Positions 37,328-49,724 of a stretch of 54,129 nucleotides of DNA are shown piece by piece. A program made the translations under genes and the position numbers. This stretch comes from Octopus bimaculoides. Lineage: Eukaryota. The notes under the pieces are model-generated. The model had not been told where the DNA came from, searched no databases, and was given only the letters and a program-made list of their open reading frames with translations. The stretch spans positions 18,693,133 to 18,747,261 of the forward strand of contig NC_069002.1 in assembly GCF_001194135.2 (NCBI RefSeq). The letters are read 5' to 3'. Every line of letters starts with the position of its first letter. Within the stretch, counting starts at the first letter, position 1.

Positions 37328-37737
37328 GTGTGTAAGTATGTGTGAGTGTGGGTGCGCGTGCGAGTGTGTTTATTTGGATGATACCGCTTAAAAGACTAAT
37401 TGTTTTTCGAATTTCGAAATAATCTTCAATCTGCCATATTGTAACGAATGATTTACTTTAAATTTTGGCTCTCCAAGTTTTCTTTAATAGGCGATCTACA
37501 CACACACACAGACGCACACAGTTTGTAATATTGAGAGACATATTACACATCATGTCTTCTCGTTGCCAGGCGTAATAGCTGAAAGATTTTCCTCATTATT
37601 TTGCGGATATTAATCCATGACTGGAGAAATTCTTAAAAGCTCTCACAGTATTTGCATTCTTCATAATATGGGGCCTGCTTCGAGCAGCAGCTTGTTGAGG
37701 AATTTCTTATTTTAAATTTATTATTAATTTGTGCTTA

Positions 37738-38175
37738 TTGCACACACACACAAATGCACACACAGAGACACACATACATTTATACATTACGCACACACAC
37801 ACACACACAAATGCACACACAGAGACACACATACATTTATACATTACGCACACACATCCACACACGCACACAAATGCACACACAGAGACACACATACATT
37901 TATACATTACGCNNNNNNNNNNNNNNNNNNNNNNNNNNNNNNNNNNNNNNNNNNNNNNNNNNNNNNNNNNNNNNNNNNNNNNNNNNNNNNNNNNNNNNNN
38001 NNNNNNNNNNNNNNNNNNNNNNNNNNNNNNNNNNNNNNNNNNNNNNNNNNNNNNNNNNNNNNGCACACACACACAAATGCACACACAGAGACACACATAC
38101 ATTTATACATTACGCACACACACACACACACACACAAATGCACACACAGAGTCACACATACATACATACATTACA
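37738..38175. repeat. minisatellite of about 50-64 bp built from microsatellite motifs
   Basis: (ca)n-aaatgcacacacagagacacacatacatttatacattacg, 5 visible copies, with an N-gap inside the array. Confidence 0.9.
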
Positions 38176-39029
38176 CACACACACACAAACACACGCATAT
38201 ATATACAGGTACATATACAGTCACATATTCATGTGTTCGTCTATATATAAATAAATATGTGTGTGCGTGTGTGTGGATGAAGTATCACAAACGCAGCAAG
38301 CGTTCCAGTTTCAGGAAGCCTCAAGCTACATTTCAGCTGGATGGCCGACTGACATTATCATGAACTGTGCTTCTAATTCCTCTTCCGTAATTCAATGCAA
38401 AATATATGGAATTCAGCAGGGTTAACAATCATTATTTTTTCGTTGATATTTCCTCTTTCCTTTTGCTTTCGTTATTGTTTCTTTCAAAATTTATCTTGTT
38501 TGCCTTGGAGTTAGTTCGTCTTAGGCTTGTTGTGTTTAGATGTTGTTTGTTGGAACAGATTTTGTTTGTTTCACTAACCTTGTAGTTTTTATTGTTGTTT
38601 AAATCAGAATTTCGCCTTTAGTCACGCCTAAAACCAGTTCATCTTCTCAACAATACCATTTCCAACGTAATTAAAAAAGAAACGCATCTGATACTGCAAA
38701 CTTCAAAGACATGATACTTCCAGAGAGAGGCTCTCACTTCCATTCTGTCCTTCTGTCTTTTTGCCTCTTTCCGTTTCTGTTCTCACATATGCGCGCGCGC
38801 GCACACATACACACACACGCACGCACAAAAACACACACACACACACACACACAAACAAACAAAGACACACTCACACAAACAAACAAACACACACACTCAC
38901 ACAAACACACACACACACATACAAACAAACAAACACAAACACACACACAAGCATAACCACGTACAAAAATAATACATAAAAAACAAACAAGATGGTGTGT
39001 GAGAAATAAAGCAAGATATACCCTTATAG

Positions 39030-39070
<41 letters not shown>

Positions 39071-39224
39071 CTCACTCCTTTCTCTCTTTATCGCAAGAAT
39101 TTTACCATTCAGAGATGTTTTTGTCGTATGGTTGTCTTACAATACGAAAAGCTCCTATCATGCGCGTGATATACATACATACATACATACATACATACAT
39201 ACATGCATGGTTACATGTTAGGGT

Positions 39225-40848
39225 CTTCAACTGCTAGAAATATCAGTATAACTCATAATTTCTTTGTAGACGACCTGAAGATTTAAGCTAAAAGTGTTAA
39301 CAATGCCCCCCCCCCAAAAAAAANNNNNNNNNNNNNNNNNNNNNNNNNNNNNNNNNNNNNNNNNNNNNNNNNNNNNNNNNNNNNNNNNNNNNNNNNNNNN
39401 NNNNNNNNNNNNNNNNNNNNNNNNNNNNNNNNNNNNNNNNNNNNNNNNNNNNNNNNNNNNNNNNNNNNNNNNNNNNNNNNNNNNNNNNNNNNNNNNNNNN
39501 NNNNNNNNNNNNNNNNNNNNNNNNNNNNNNNNNNNNNNNNNNNNNGGTTTCTCTGTCTCCCCCATTCTACACAAAGAATTTTACCAGTACCTAGGCATAG
39601 ACGAAAATGTATCATATGAAGGCGCTGTGAATAAAGATAGAGTGAGCCGAGAATACTAAACCAGATTCAGGAAATTATAGCAACCGGAATTCTCCTTTTA
39701 CAACAAAACAATATCCCACAATGCATTTTCAGTACCAGTGCTGGTTCCAACATTTTGGATACTTGATTGGTCTGTAGAGAAGACCCACTCCATAGATATC
39801 AAAACCTGCAAAATCCTGACAACAGCTGGGAACATAGAAATAGTGATGTTGACAGGCTCTACCTAAGAAGAAATGAAGGTGGTGGAGGCCTGAAATCAGT
39901 GCAGATGGCCTTCGAATGTCATATGGTATCACTCAAGCAGCACCTGCTGAACAACAGCAGCAAAAAAATATATAAATGCAGTGCTGAAAAGTGAAGTGAG
40001 CAACAATGTACGAGCTGGCAATGAGCTTCTCAAGAAGCACTCTCTTCCTAATGATCTCCAATACAGCCCAAAAGAGCAGGGATCTCTTACCTCAGAAAAG
40101 ACCTGGATGGAAACCACTCAGCATACAAAAAGAAAAAGAGACTATGCATGTGAATGTTGCCCGGAAGCTTGAAGGAGACACTAGAATTGACATGAAGCGC
40201 AGCCTCTCTTGGACACAAAACCACTACATCACACTTTGAAGGCTATGCGTTTGCAATCCAGGAACAGGAGATTGCCACAAAGCGCTTGGTGAAGAAGAGA
40301 GACAGTGATGCTCTTGTAATCCCAAGGTGCAACCGCATGTGTAGGCTATGTCATGTTTCTGTGGAAGACATCACACATGTGATTAGCAGCTGTCCTAAAA
40401 TGTTGTCACGGCACTTCCTCTCTATGGGGCATGATGTTGTTGCTAAAACAATTTACACTGCCATCCGCATTAAATTTTAATTCCCATTAAAACTTCTATC
40501 AAATGTAAACATTGCAGGCCGGATATTGATGCTTGTGACAGAAAGACAAAGGTATGTATCCTCATAGAGGTCAGCTACCCTGCAAATATAAATATCTCTT
40601 TGAAAAACAAAGGAAAAGAGGATATCTATGGACAACTGCTTCGAAACCTCCAGCTTCCATATCCAGACTCTGAATTCATATTCATACCAATAATAACTGG
40701 AGCGTTTTGTTAGTAAATGCTGAAAGGAGAATCTGGATAAACTGGGATTTTCAGAAAGGGAAATCGACCGGCTGGTTCGTACATTACAAGTACAATCTGT
40801 AAGTGGAACCATGAAAATATACAAGACTTTTCTCAGTTCCAAATGATA
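39225..40848 (+). mobile_element. R4/Dong-like RLE LINE fragment
   Basis: THNFFVDDLK; YQYLGIDE; DVDRLYLRRNEGGGGLKSV; CRLCHVSVEDITHVISSC (CCHC); nuclease CRPDI; terminal LQVQSVSGTMKIYKTFL. Confidence 0.9.
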
Positions 40849-41039
40849 ATTTGTTTGTGTTAACTACATCCCGAGCTGGAGCCTTGTATCTTTGTTGGCA
40901 ACTGGCTGCCTCCTCAGTGGAAGATTTATAATAATTAAAAAGTAGAACACACACACACGCGCGTGCGCGCGCGCATATATATACAATATATGTATATGTA
41001 TGTATTCTTCTATACACAATCATGCAGCTCTTGGTGGTC

Positions 41040-41175
41040 CAAATCAGATATGCAATCTATGTGGCTGTTTTTTCAAAACATTGTCTGGTTTGAAAAGCCA
41101 CATCAGACGCCATGATGGGTCTTAGATGTAGGCACAGGAAGTGGTCAGAATCTGCATAAGGAGTAGACAACCACC

Positions 41176-41245
<70 letters not shown>
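41040..41245 (+). mobile_element. RTE-like LINE 3' end with C2H2 motif and (CA)n tail
   Basis: ICNLCGCFFKTLSGLKSHIRRHDGS*, then a UTR matching 24078-24172, then (CA)n. Confidence 0.75.
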
Positions 41246-41253
<8 letters not shown>

Positions 41254-41779
41254 GTATATACAATACTGTGTCGTGATTAATATTAGGAAGTTTGTGCTCG
41301 AAGTATTGTTGTCTGATACTCAACAGAAGAATTTATGGAAAGAAATCAAATAAGTGGAAGCCTCTGGTCATCTTTCTATTTCTAAGAGAGTTGAACTCAA
41401 CACACCAACCAAACGTGTAACTTGACAATTTTATTTCCTCAACGACAGTTAAATCTTGTGACTTTGGCACGATGCGAACCTTCGAACACTAGCGGTACAA
41501 TGCACTCTGTATTTAGCAATCGGTAAAGAAATTCTTGGGCTGCTGTCAATAAGGGTTTTGTCATTTATTTGTGACTGTATGCGTAAACATGGGGAAGGGT
41601 ATTTTTTCTTTGTTTTATAGGCGTGTAACTGTTGCTCATATGTGCAAGTCATTTTCTCTCTATGCCTCCAGGGCACTGGACATCTTACAGGTGTTACCGT
41701 TAGAACGCAAAGAGCCTCTGGAGACGACAGAAAATATTTAGTCCAAAATGGACTTTTTAACCAATCCATTGTCCAGGTG

Positions 41780-41885
41780 GGCATTATTTTTTATCGACTC
41801 TGTGAGCATAAAATGCAAGTTTCTCCTCACTTGGATTTGAACTCAGAATGCAATTTTGTTACATCTCGCCCATTTCGCTGCTTCA
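41780..41885 (-). mobile_element. highly degenerate family B SINE
   Basis: ttttatcgactc...ggatttgaactcagaa. Confidence 0.5.
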
Positions 41886-42448
41886 GTATATCAATAATAT
41901 AAGAGTGTTGAATCCCTATCAATCATTTTACTAAAGCAACTGAATGAATCGGTGATGACGTCTAACATTTGAGGTAAGATCGATATTTCAAATAATAACA
42001 CTCAAGTCTTGCTGGATTATTAATCTTCATCTTTCTATTGTCATTATCCCGCGTGGCTGAGCGTGTTTAGTAAAAGCTTCCAGCAGACACGAAGTAAATA
42101 AACCACTTTTAATACAGCAACCACCATCTATCACCTCACACAACGCTCTCTTATAATACATGCTAAATTTGTTGTTCTGTTCCAGTCATATATTTATGAC
42201 ATAATTCATAGAGAGAAATTATCACACATATATGTAGTCTCATTAACTCTATCTCACTCCGTACTCCGTAGCCACGCGTGTGTATATATATATATATATG
42301 TACATATATAATAGTGGTGCAACAAGGCACTAATGTTTGCTGGAAATAACAGTCGATAACAGTGCGACGCTATGTAAAGCTTCACTGAATATCTACTGAT
42401 AAAGATGTGTGCGGACAACGAATATAATATTTATAATTTATTTATATT

Positions 42449-42670
42449 ACTCCTTTACTCTTTTATTTGTTTCCATGCTGGAGCACCGCCTTTAGTCGAA
42501 CACATCGACCCCAGAGCTTATTCTTTGTAACCCAACTACTTATTCTATCAGTCATTTTTGCCGAACCACTAAGTTACGGGTACGTAAACACCGGCACCAG
42601 CTGCCAAACAATGGTGGGGGAACAAACACAGACATGCAAACATACATACGTACATACATACAAACACGCA

Positions 42671-42718
<48 letters not shown>

Positions 42719-42976
42719 NNNNNNNNNNNNNNNNNNNNNNNNNNNNNNNNNNNNNNNNNNNNNNNNNNNNNNNNNNNNNNNNNNNNNNNNNNNNNNNNNN
42801 NNNNNNNNACACATACAACGGGTTTCTTTCAGTTTCCGTCTACCAAATTCCACTCATTAGGCTCTGGTCGGCCCGAGACTATAGTAGAAGACACTTACCG
42901 AAGGTGCCACGTAGTGGGACTGAACCCGGATCCATGTGGTTGGTAAGCAAGCTACTTACCACACAGTCATTCCTGC
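42449..42976 (-). mobile_element. family C CORE-like SINE with internal (AC)n and N-gap
   Basis: Colinear with 13450-13854. Confidence 0.9.
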
Positions 42977-43704
42977 ATGTATGTATGTATGTATGTATGT
43001 ATGTATGTATGTATGTATGTATGCATGTATGTGTTTGCGCGTACGCGCACGCGTGTGTGTACATGCATATATACACACATGCACATACAGTTTTATTTTA
43101 AAAATTGCAACCAAGGTTAAGATGGTATTTTTGACAAACATGTTAGAATCGCTGTGAAACATGCAGTCCGTGGGTAAAACACAGAATTCTGAGCAAGTAA
43201 GGAGTACGAACGAACCAAATCTGGATTTGCTGCGACGTTCATTAAATCTAATGTTAGGATAAGTTTATTTAGCTTTTGTTGCTAAGATACAGAAATGATC
43301 ACAACATATAGGCAAGATAAACTCAATCAGGATAAGCCCAAGGTTATTTGCTTAGTGGAGCGAAGTTGGTTTTCTCCATTGATGAAACAGAGCATTGCAG
43401 TCGCCTTTTAACAAGACCGCGCACATGTACCTCAGATGAAATGTTTTAAGGGATTTAAGTGGGTTCATGGAACGAGGGAGATAAATGGCTAGCTAAATTC
43501 GAGGTACCGACTCTAAACTAGAATCTTGTAACCAACGTCGAGAATAAAGCTATTTTTGAAGGCGTCTTTATTTAAACAGGTTTATATCTGGGATTCATAA
43601 ATGGTTTGAAACAATCTTCTACATTATCTCTTCCAAGGTGGTAGCTAGCATTATGGGCTCATTAAACCATTTAAATTTGTTTTCCTGATATCTAATGCTC
43701 TATT

Positions 43705-43845
43705 CTGGGTTTAAATGCCACCGGTCATTTACCCTTCATCAATTTGGGGTCGATCAAATAAGTACCAGCTAAGCATTGGGGTCGATGCAATCGACTTTCT
43801 CCTTTCCCCAAAATTCCTGGCCTTTTGCCAGAGCTTGAAACTAAT
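43705..43845 (+). mobile_element. family B SINE, 5'-truncated
   Basis: cttcatcaatttggggtcgatcaaataagtaccag...ggggtcgatgcaatcgact...aaaattcctggcctt. Confidence 0.8.
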
Positions 43846-44384
43846 ATCAAACATGCTTTGTTATTTTTCCCCAATAATCGCCCCCACCCACCGACCAACC
43901 TGCCTCCTAAACACATGAGATGCACAAGCCATCTTTATGAATGAAAACTGAACTGAGATTGTAGGAGGAGATTGCAAATCTCTTGAAAATATTCAAAACC
44001 AATCACTTTCATGAAAGATTTTTTACAAAAAAAAAAGACAATAAAAACATAAGCAACCACTCACATACACGGACACACTACATTGAGATATGGGTATATG
44101 TAGCCATTTATATACGAATGTACCCAGGCACCCGTACAGGCTTAAGTGTGTGTGTGTGAGTTTATTATCCGTTATATATTTCGATCAAAGATCTAGTAGT
44201 CTATGATATAGGAAAATAGTGAATACTTGACTACAACATTTATTAAACAAGAGATGCTATACAAGTTCTACAGTGAGTTTTGTAAAACAGTCTTGTATTT
44301 GTTCGAAGAGCAATGATGAAGCCTTTTGAAAACTGCAACTGTACATTTGTAAGACATCACCTGGTTAATGATAATAATAATAAT

Positions 44385-44938
<554 letters not shown>

Positions 44939-44939
44939 T

Positions 44940-46585
44940 TTAAAAGGATTGACGTAACTCTTCATAAAGGTAAACAGTCAAGACGAAGAGCGCGATTCGA
45001 TTGTAAGATCTTTTATTAGTCGAACGATATTTCAACAGTAAGTCTGTCTTTGTCAAGTTCAAAATAAGAAGTGATAAAAATTCAAAATTACAGAAATTTA
45101 AACGTAAAGTATGTACGAGAGCAACCAGCGTCCACACGTTGATGGAATGACATCATCAGATTTTAAGTTACAATTTTATATCAGGCGAAAAGAAAAAGAC
45201 AGAAAAAATAGAAAAAAGAATATGACAGAAAAAAAAGGAAAGAAAAAGAGAGAAAGAAGAATATCTAATCAAACAGTTTTGTATAAATTTGATGATATTC
45301 TCCTGTCATCTTATTCATTCCTCCAGAGCGTGATGTTAATAACCCGCAAACATATTTCTCCTCATACATTCTGAGAAGTGAAAGTGGGGCAGATTCAGAA
45401 TATTTTCTGAGAATATGCACTTTCAAGTCTTCTTCAAAGTTGCAGCTGTTTGAAACGAAATGTTCAGCAAGTTCTGTCGAACTACTGTTATTGTGCCTGA
45501 TGTCGAATATGTGCCCATTAAACCTTTTGTTTAATGTTTCTGTTGTACAACCAACATAAATTAAGTTGTGTTTCGTGCATTCTGCAGCGTACACTAAATG
45601 GGAATATTACATGTTCCACCTTCTGTATAAATTATAACATTTCTGTTATGATTTCTGATGGAATTCATTTCATTCATGTTGTTGCACAATGAACAGGGCT
45701 TACCTCTCTTGTGGCTGTTCTTTAAGGTACAGCATGCAGACACTCCAATGTTCGTTTTCTTGGAGTCAGATATAGAGGTCAATAATTCTCTTATATTCTT
45801 ATTCCGTCTAAAAGCTACAATGGGCGGGTGAGGAAATATCTGTTTGAAACGAGGATATTTTTTCGCCACATGCTGGTAACTTTCATGCAACACATTTGAA
45901 ATGCCAGCGAAATGTCGGTGCCAGCTAATCACTAAAGGAATTCTATAATCTATTGTATTGTGTTTGCGAAAATGATGCGTGTAGGTTTGACTATCTTCGC
46001 TAATCTTAGTTATTTCATTTGTTATTTCCTTTAATCATGATTCATTGTAACCTCATTTGACATAATGACATACAAAATCATTTGCATGTTTCCAGTAATC
46101 CCCTATGTCAGTACAAATCCGTTTTATCCTCAAAAATTGGGATTTCGGATTTGATCGAATAAGATGATGTGGATAGTCGGAGCGGCGGTGAAGATAAATG
46201 TGGGATGACGTGGGCTTGCGAAATAACTCTGTCACTATTCTGCCTCCAGAAAACTTGACTTTTGTGTCCAAAAATTCAACGCTAGTTTTTGAAAAACTAG
46301 ACGTAAATTTTATGTTGGACTTAAAATCATAGTTTCTAGCATACCAGTCACAGAAATGCAAGAAGTCCATTAAACTATCCTGTGATCCTTCCCAGACAAA
46401 AAATACGTCGTCAATGAACCGTAACCAGAGTATTGGTTCATGACCATGAAGGGATTTGAATGTCTTCAGTAACTCTGTCTCGAAGTTTGTCATAAAGACA
46501 TTAGCGAAATTAACTGCCATGGGGGTACCAATGGCGCAACCCTTTGTCTGGTGGTAAAATCTTTGTCTAAACTTCGTTAAATAAT
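44940..46585 (-). mobile_element. Penelope-like element (RT C-half, Cys-rich linker, C-terminal GIY-YIG), Neptune/Naiad-like architecture, decayed
   Basis: RT YHQTKGCAIGTPMA, WLRFIDDVFFVW, FLDTKV, ELFRKPT; linker RGKPCSLC; endonuclease VYAAECTKHNLIYVG...KRFNGHIFD...AEHF...YEEKY...GMN (45265-45594); two stops and at least two frameshifts. Confidence 0.93.
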
Positions 46586-46719
46586 AATAATAATTATCCA
46601 CATGCATAGTAATAGACAGTCCAAGCCTCAACTGAAAACATGAATGGAGCAGTAATAATCCTCCTACACTCTAAGCAACATGGCGACTAAAGAGAGACTA
46701 AGTGAGGTAAAAGAAAAAC

Positions 46720-49222
46720 AAAGGTAGACACAGTATAATACGTAAACGCATATGTGCCAGAAAGAACATATAGAATAAAGGTTATGACGTATTATTGGAA
46801 GAACTGAAACATATAGTAGTAGCAATCAAAGCAAAACAGGAAAGATATGACAATAGAACAAAGCTATTCAGGCAAAACAAATTGTTTGAAGCAAATCAGA
46901 AGAAAGTGTTTGAGAAACTAAATGGACAAATACACGTAGCAATGATATCAGATGTAGATGAAAGCAGGGCATTCTGGAGAGGGATCTGGGACCAACCTGC
47001 AGAACATGATGAAGTGAAGTAGCTGCATGAAATCCAAGATAGGTTAAGAAACATAGAAGGCCAAGAAGACATAAAGATAACTAAAGAAATGATGAAAAAG
47101 TAGTTAAGAAAATACCCAAACTGGAAGTGCCCAGGACCGGATGGAGTCCAAGGTTATTGGATGAAGAAGCTAAGAGGATTCTGTGAAAGGATAGTATAAC
47201 AGCTCGATGAGTGCTTGCAAGAAGGCGCAGTTCCAAGCTGGACGACAAAGAGAAAGACATTGCTAAGTTCAAGGGTCTTGAAAAAGGAAATGTTGCAGCC
47301 AACTTTAGACCAATAACATGCTTTCTGCTAATGTGGGAACCAGGTGCCTTGGCCGGTGAAATGTATAGATACTTTCAAAAATCTGGGCTGCTACCTACTG
47401 AACAGAAGAAGGAGTGCCGAAAGAGAAGCTCGGGAAAGAAGAATCAGCTCTGAATTGATAATCTAATTATCAGGAACTCCATGAGAAGGCATACAGCCTT
47501 GTGCATGGTATGGGGTGACTATCGCAAAGCATACGATATGATACTACACTCCTGGATAAGAAGAACGATGGAAATGTATGGAGTAGCGGAAAATATGAGA
47601 AGCCTTATATGGAATAGCATGAAGTGCTGGAAAACGGAATTGACAGCAGGGAAACAAGTATTAGGAGAGGTGAAAACCAAGAGAGGAATCTTCCTGGGGA
47701 ACACTGTGTCCCCCTTCGTGCTGGGAATGATCCCCTTGAGTGAAATACAGACAACAAAGTTGGGGTATGATCTCGGAAGAGGTAAGGGAAAACTGAACCA
47801 CTTGTTATTTATGGATGACCTGAACCTATTCACAAAAACTGAGGCAGAAGTGAACAGCCTAGCCCAGTCTGTGCGAATTTCCTCCAATGGTATTAAGATG
47901 GAGTTTGGACTCTCAAAATGTGCAACAATGGTGATCAGACGAGGAAAGCTTGTCAGGATAGGAGGCATGTAGTTTCCAAGTGGGCATACTGGGAATACTT
48001 GAGGCAGATGGAATGCCTGGGAATACTTGAAGCAGATGGAATCAAACACCACGGCATGAAGGTAAAGGCAAAAGGAGAGTACCTGCGGCGAGTGAGAGAA
48101 ATATTGTCTTCAAAGCTGAGTGTCAGAAATATAATTTCGGCAATAAACTCGCGCGCAGTCGCAGCAATTCGCTATAGCGCTGAAATCCTGAAGTGGACAG
48201 AGGAGGGACTAAAGGAGAAGGGCAGGAAATCAAGAAAGCTCCTAACGATGCATGGAGCCCATTATCCACGTGAAGACACTGATCGCCTATACACGAAGAG
48301 AGCAAATGGAGGAAGGGGACTGATAAGTGTGGATGACTGCGTGTGTCGAACTCGAGAGCTTAATGAGATACCTAGCCCAAAATAAGGAAACTTTGCTAGT
48401 GACAGTTATGAACGAAGGAGTATTGAAAGCAGAGAAAAAAAGAAAAACAAAGGAAGAAGTGCAAAAAAGACACGAAGAAGAATTACAGAAGAAGAGATGG
48501 CACAATCATACTCATGTAGCCACAACAGAAGTTGCTGGAAAAAATAGGTGGGATTGGCTGATGAAATGAACACTAAAAATAGGAAACTGGTAGCACAAGA
48601 CCAAGTTTTGTCCACGAACGGGAAGGTCAACCTTAGGAATGAGCAAGTGTCTCCGCTATGCCGCATCTGCAATAGAATGGATGAAACCATTGCCCATAAT
48701 TCGAGCGAATGCTCGAGACTTTCCCAAAACCACTACAAGTTGTGGTGACACGACCAGGTAGCGAAGGAGCTACATTGGAAACTGCGAAAAGTGGGGGCTA
48801 GAGAGAGGCAAGACGTGGTATGAGCAGAAACCGCAGAGATTGGCGGAGTCGGAGACTAGCAAAATCCTTTGGGATTTCCCCATCCAAACAGATCAGATGC
48901 TAGAAAATAACAGACGGGACCTGGTGGCGGTGGCCAAGGTGTACCGCATATACAGTTGATGGTGCATGTCTCTATGACGAACGAATAGTCAAGAAAGAAG
49001 GCGGTAAGATAGATAAATACAACCCTTTTAAGTACGTACTAGCTCGGCTCTGGAAAATGAAGAAGATGAAGCTAGTGCCAGTTATTGTTGGGTCCTCTGG
49101 AACAGTATCAGAAGACCTCAAGGGAAATATGAAGGAAATTGGAATAGAGTGCCCAGGAGAAATGTTACAAAAGGTTAGCTTTCTTGGCACGGTCAGAATA
49201 ACAAGGAAAGTATTAGATAACT
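46720..49222 (+). mobile_element. R4/Dong-like RLE LINE, near-complete RT-ZnF-nuclease region, decayed
   Basis: RQNKLFEANQKKVF; [14 protein letters not shown]; NFRPITC; DYRKAYDMI; NHLLFMDDL; MEFGLSKCA; DRLYTKRANGGRGL; CRICNRMDETIAHNSSEC; KILWDFPIQTD; LQKVSFLGTVRITRKVL. Confidence 0.95.
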
Positions 49223-49662
49223 GAAAAATGCGAATAGCATGATACCGTAGGCTGCAAGAAGCAAGTCCGCTACACATGAACGCACATATACCTCCACATA
49301 ACACAAACCCATACATACACACACGTTCATACACACACACGCATACATACAGACACACGCTCACATACACGCACGCGCACGCATATCAATGCACATATAC
49401 CTTACATATACCTCCCACACACACCACACACACAACACGCACACCCGCACATATACATGCGCACACGTACAAACAATCACGCACACACACGCACTCACAT
49501 ACACGCAATAAAACTCACACATCTCCACGTTCACACACACATATGCACACGCACGCACACACATGCATACACATACATGGTCATATACACACACGCACGT
49601 ATACGGACACACACGCATGCAGGCACACGCACGGACACACGAATGTATATATATGTATGTAC

Positions 49663-49724
<62 letters not shown>

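Larger units (their letters stand above)
35095..37330 (+). mobile_element. second Tx1/L1-like LINE (ORF1, RT pieces, ORF2 end, 3'UTR), interrupted
   Basis: ORF1 PSYLGRRTMKIRISGIPP...NLCGETGHLRAF*P (knuckle); RT NFRPVTLLNVDDKILVKVLAKKL and ALINSDQLNAFDRVD; FKFHLKRKVR; 3'UTR matching 29880-29940, then (ATT)n. Confidence 0.88.

Noticed and set aside
46035-46055. Two in-frame TGA codons in the Penelope-like ORF as possible selenocysteine (reported for some Naiad elements)
   Set aside because: The first falls at the Arg of the usual RGY motif and both fit CGA-to-TGA decay; frameshifts lie nearby; no convincing SECIS found in 44940-45260.
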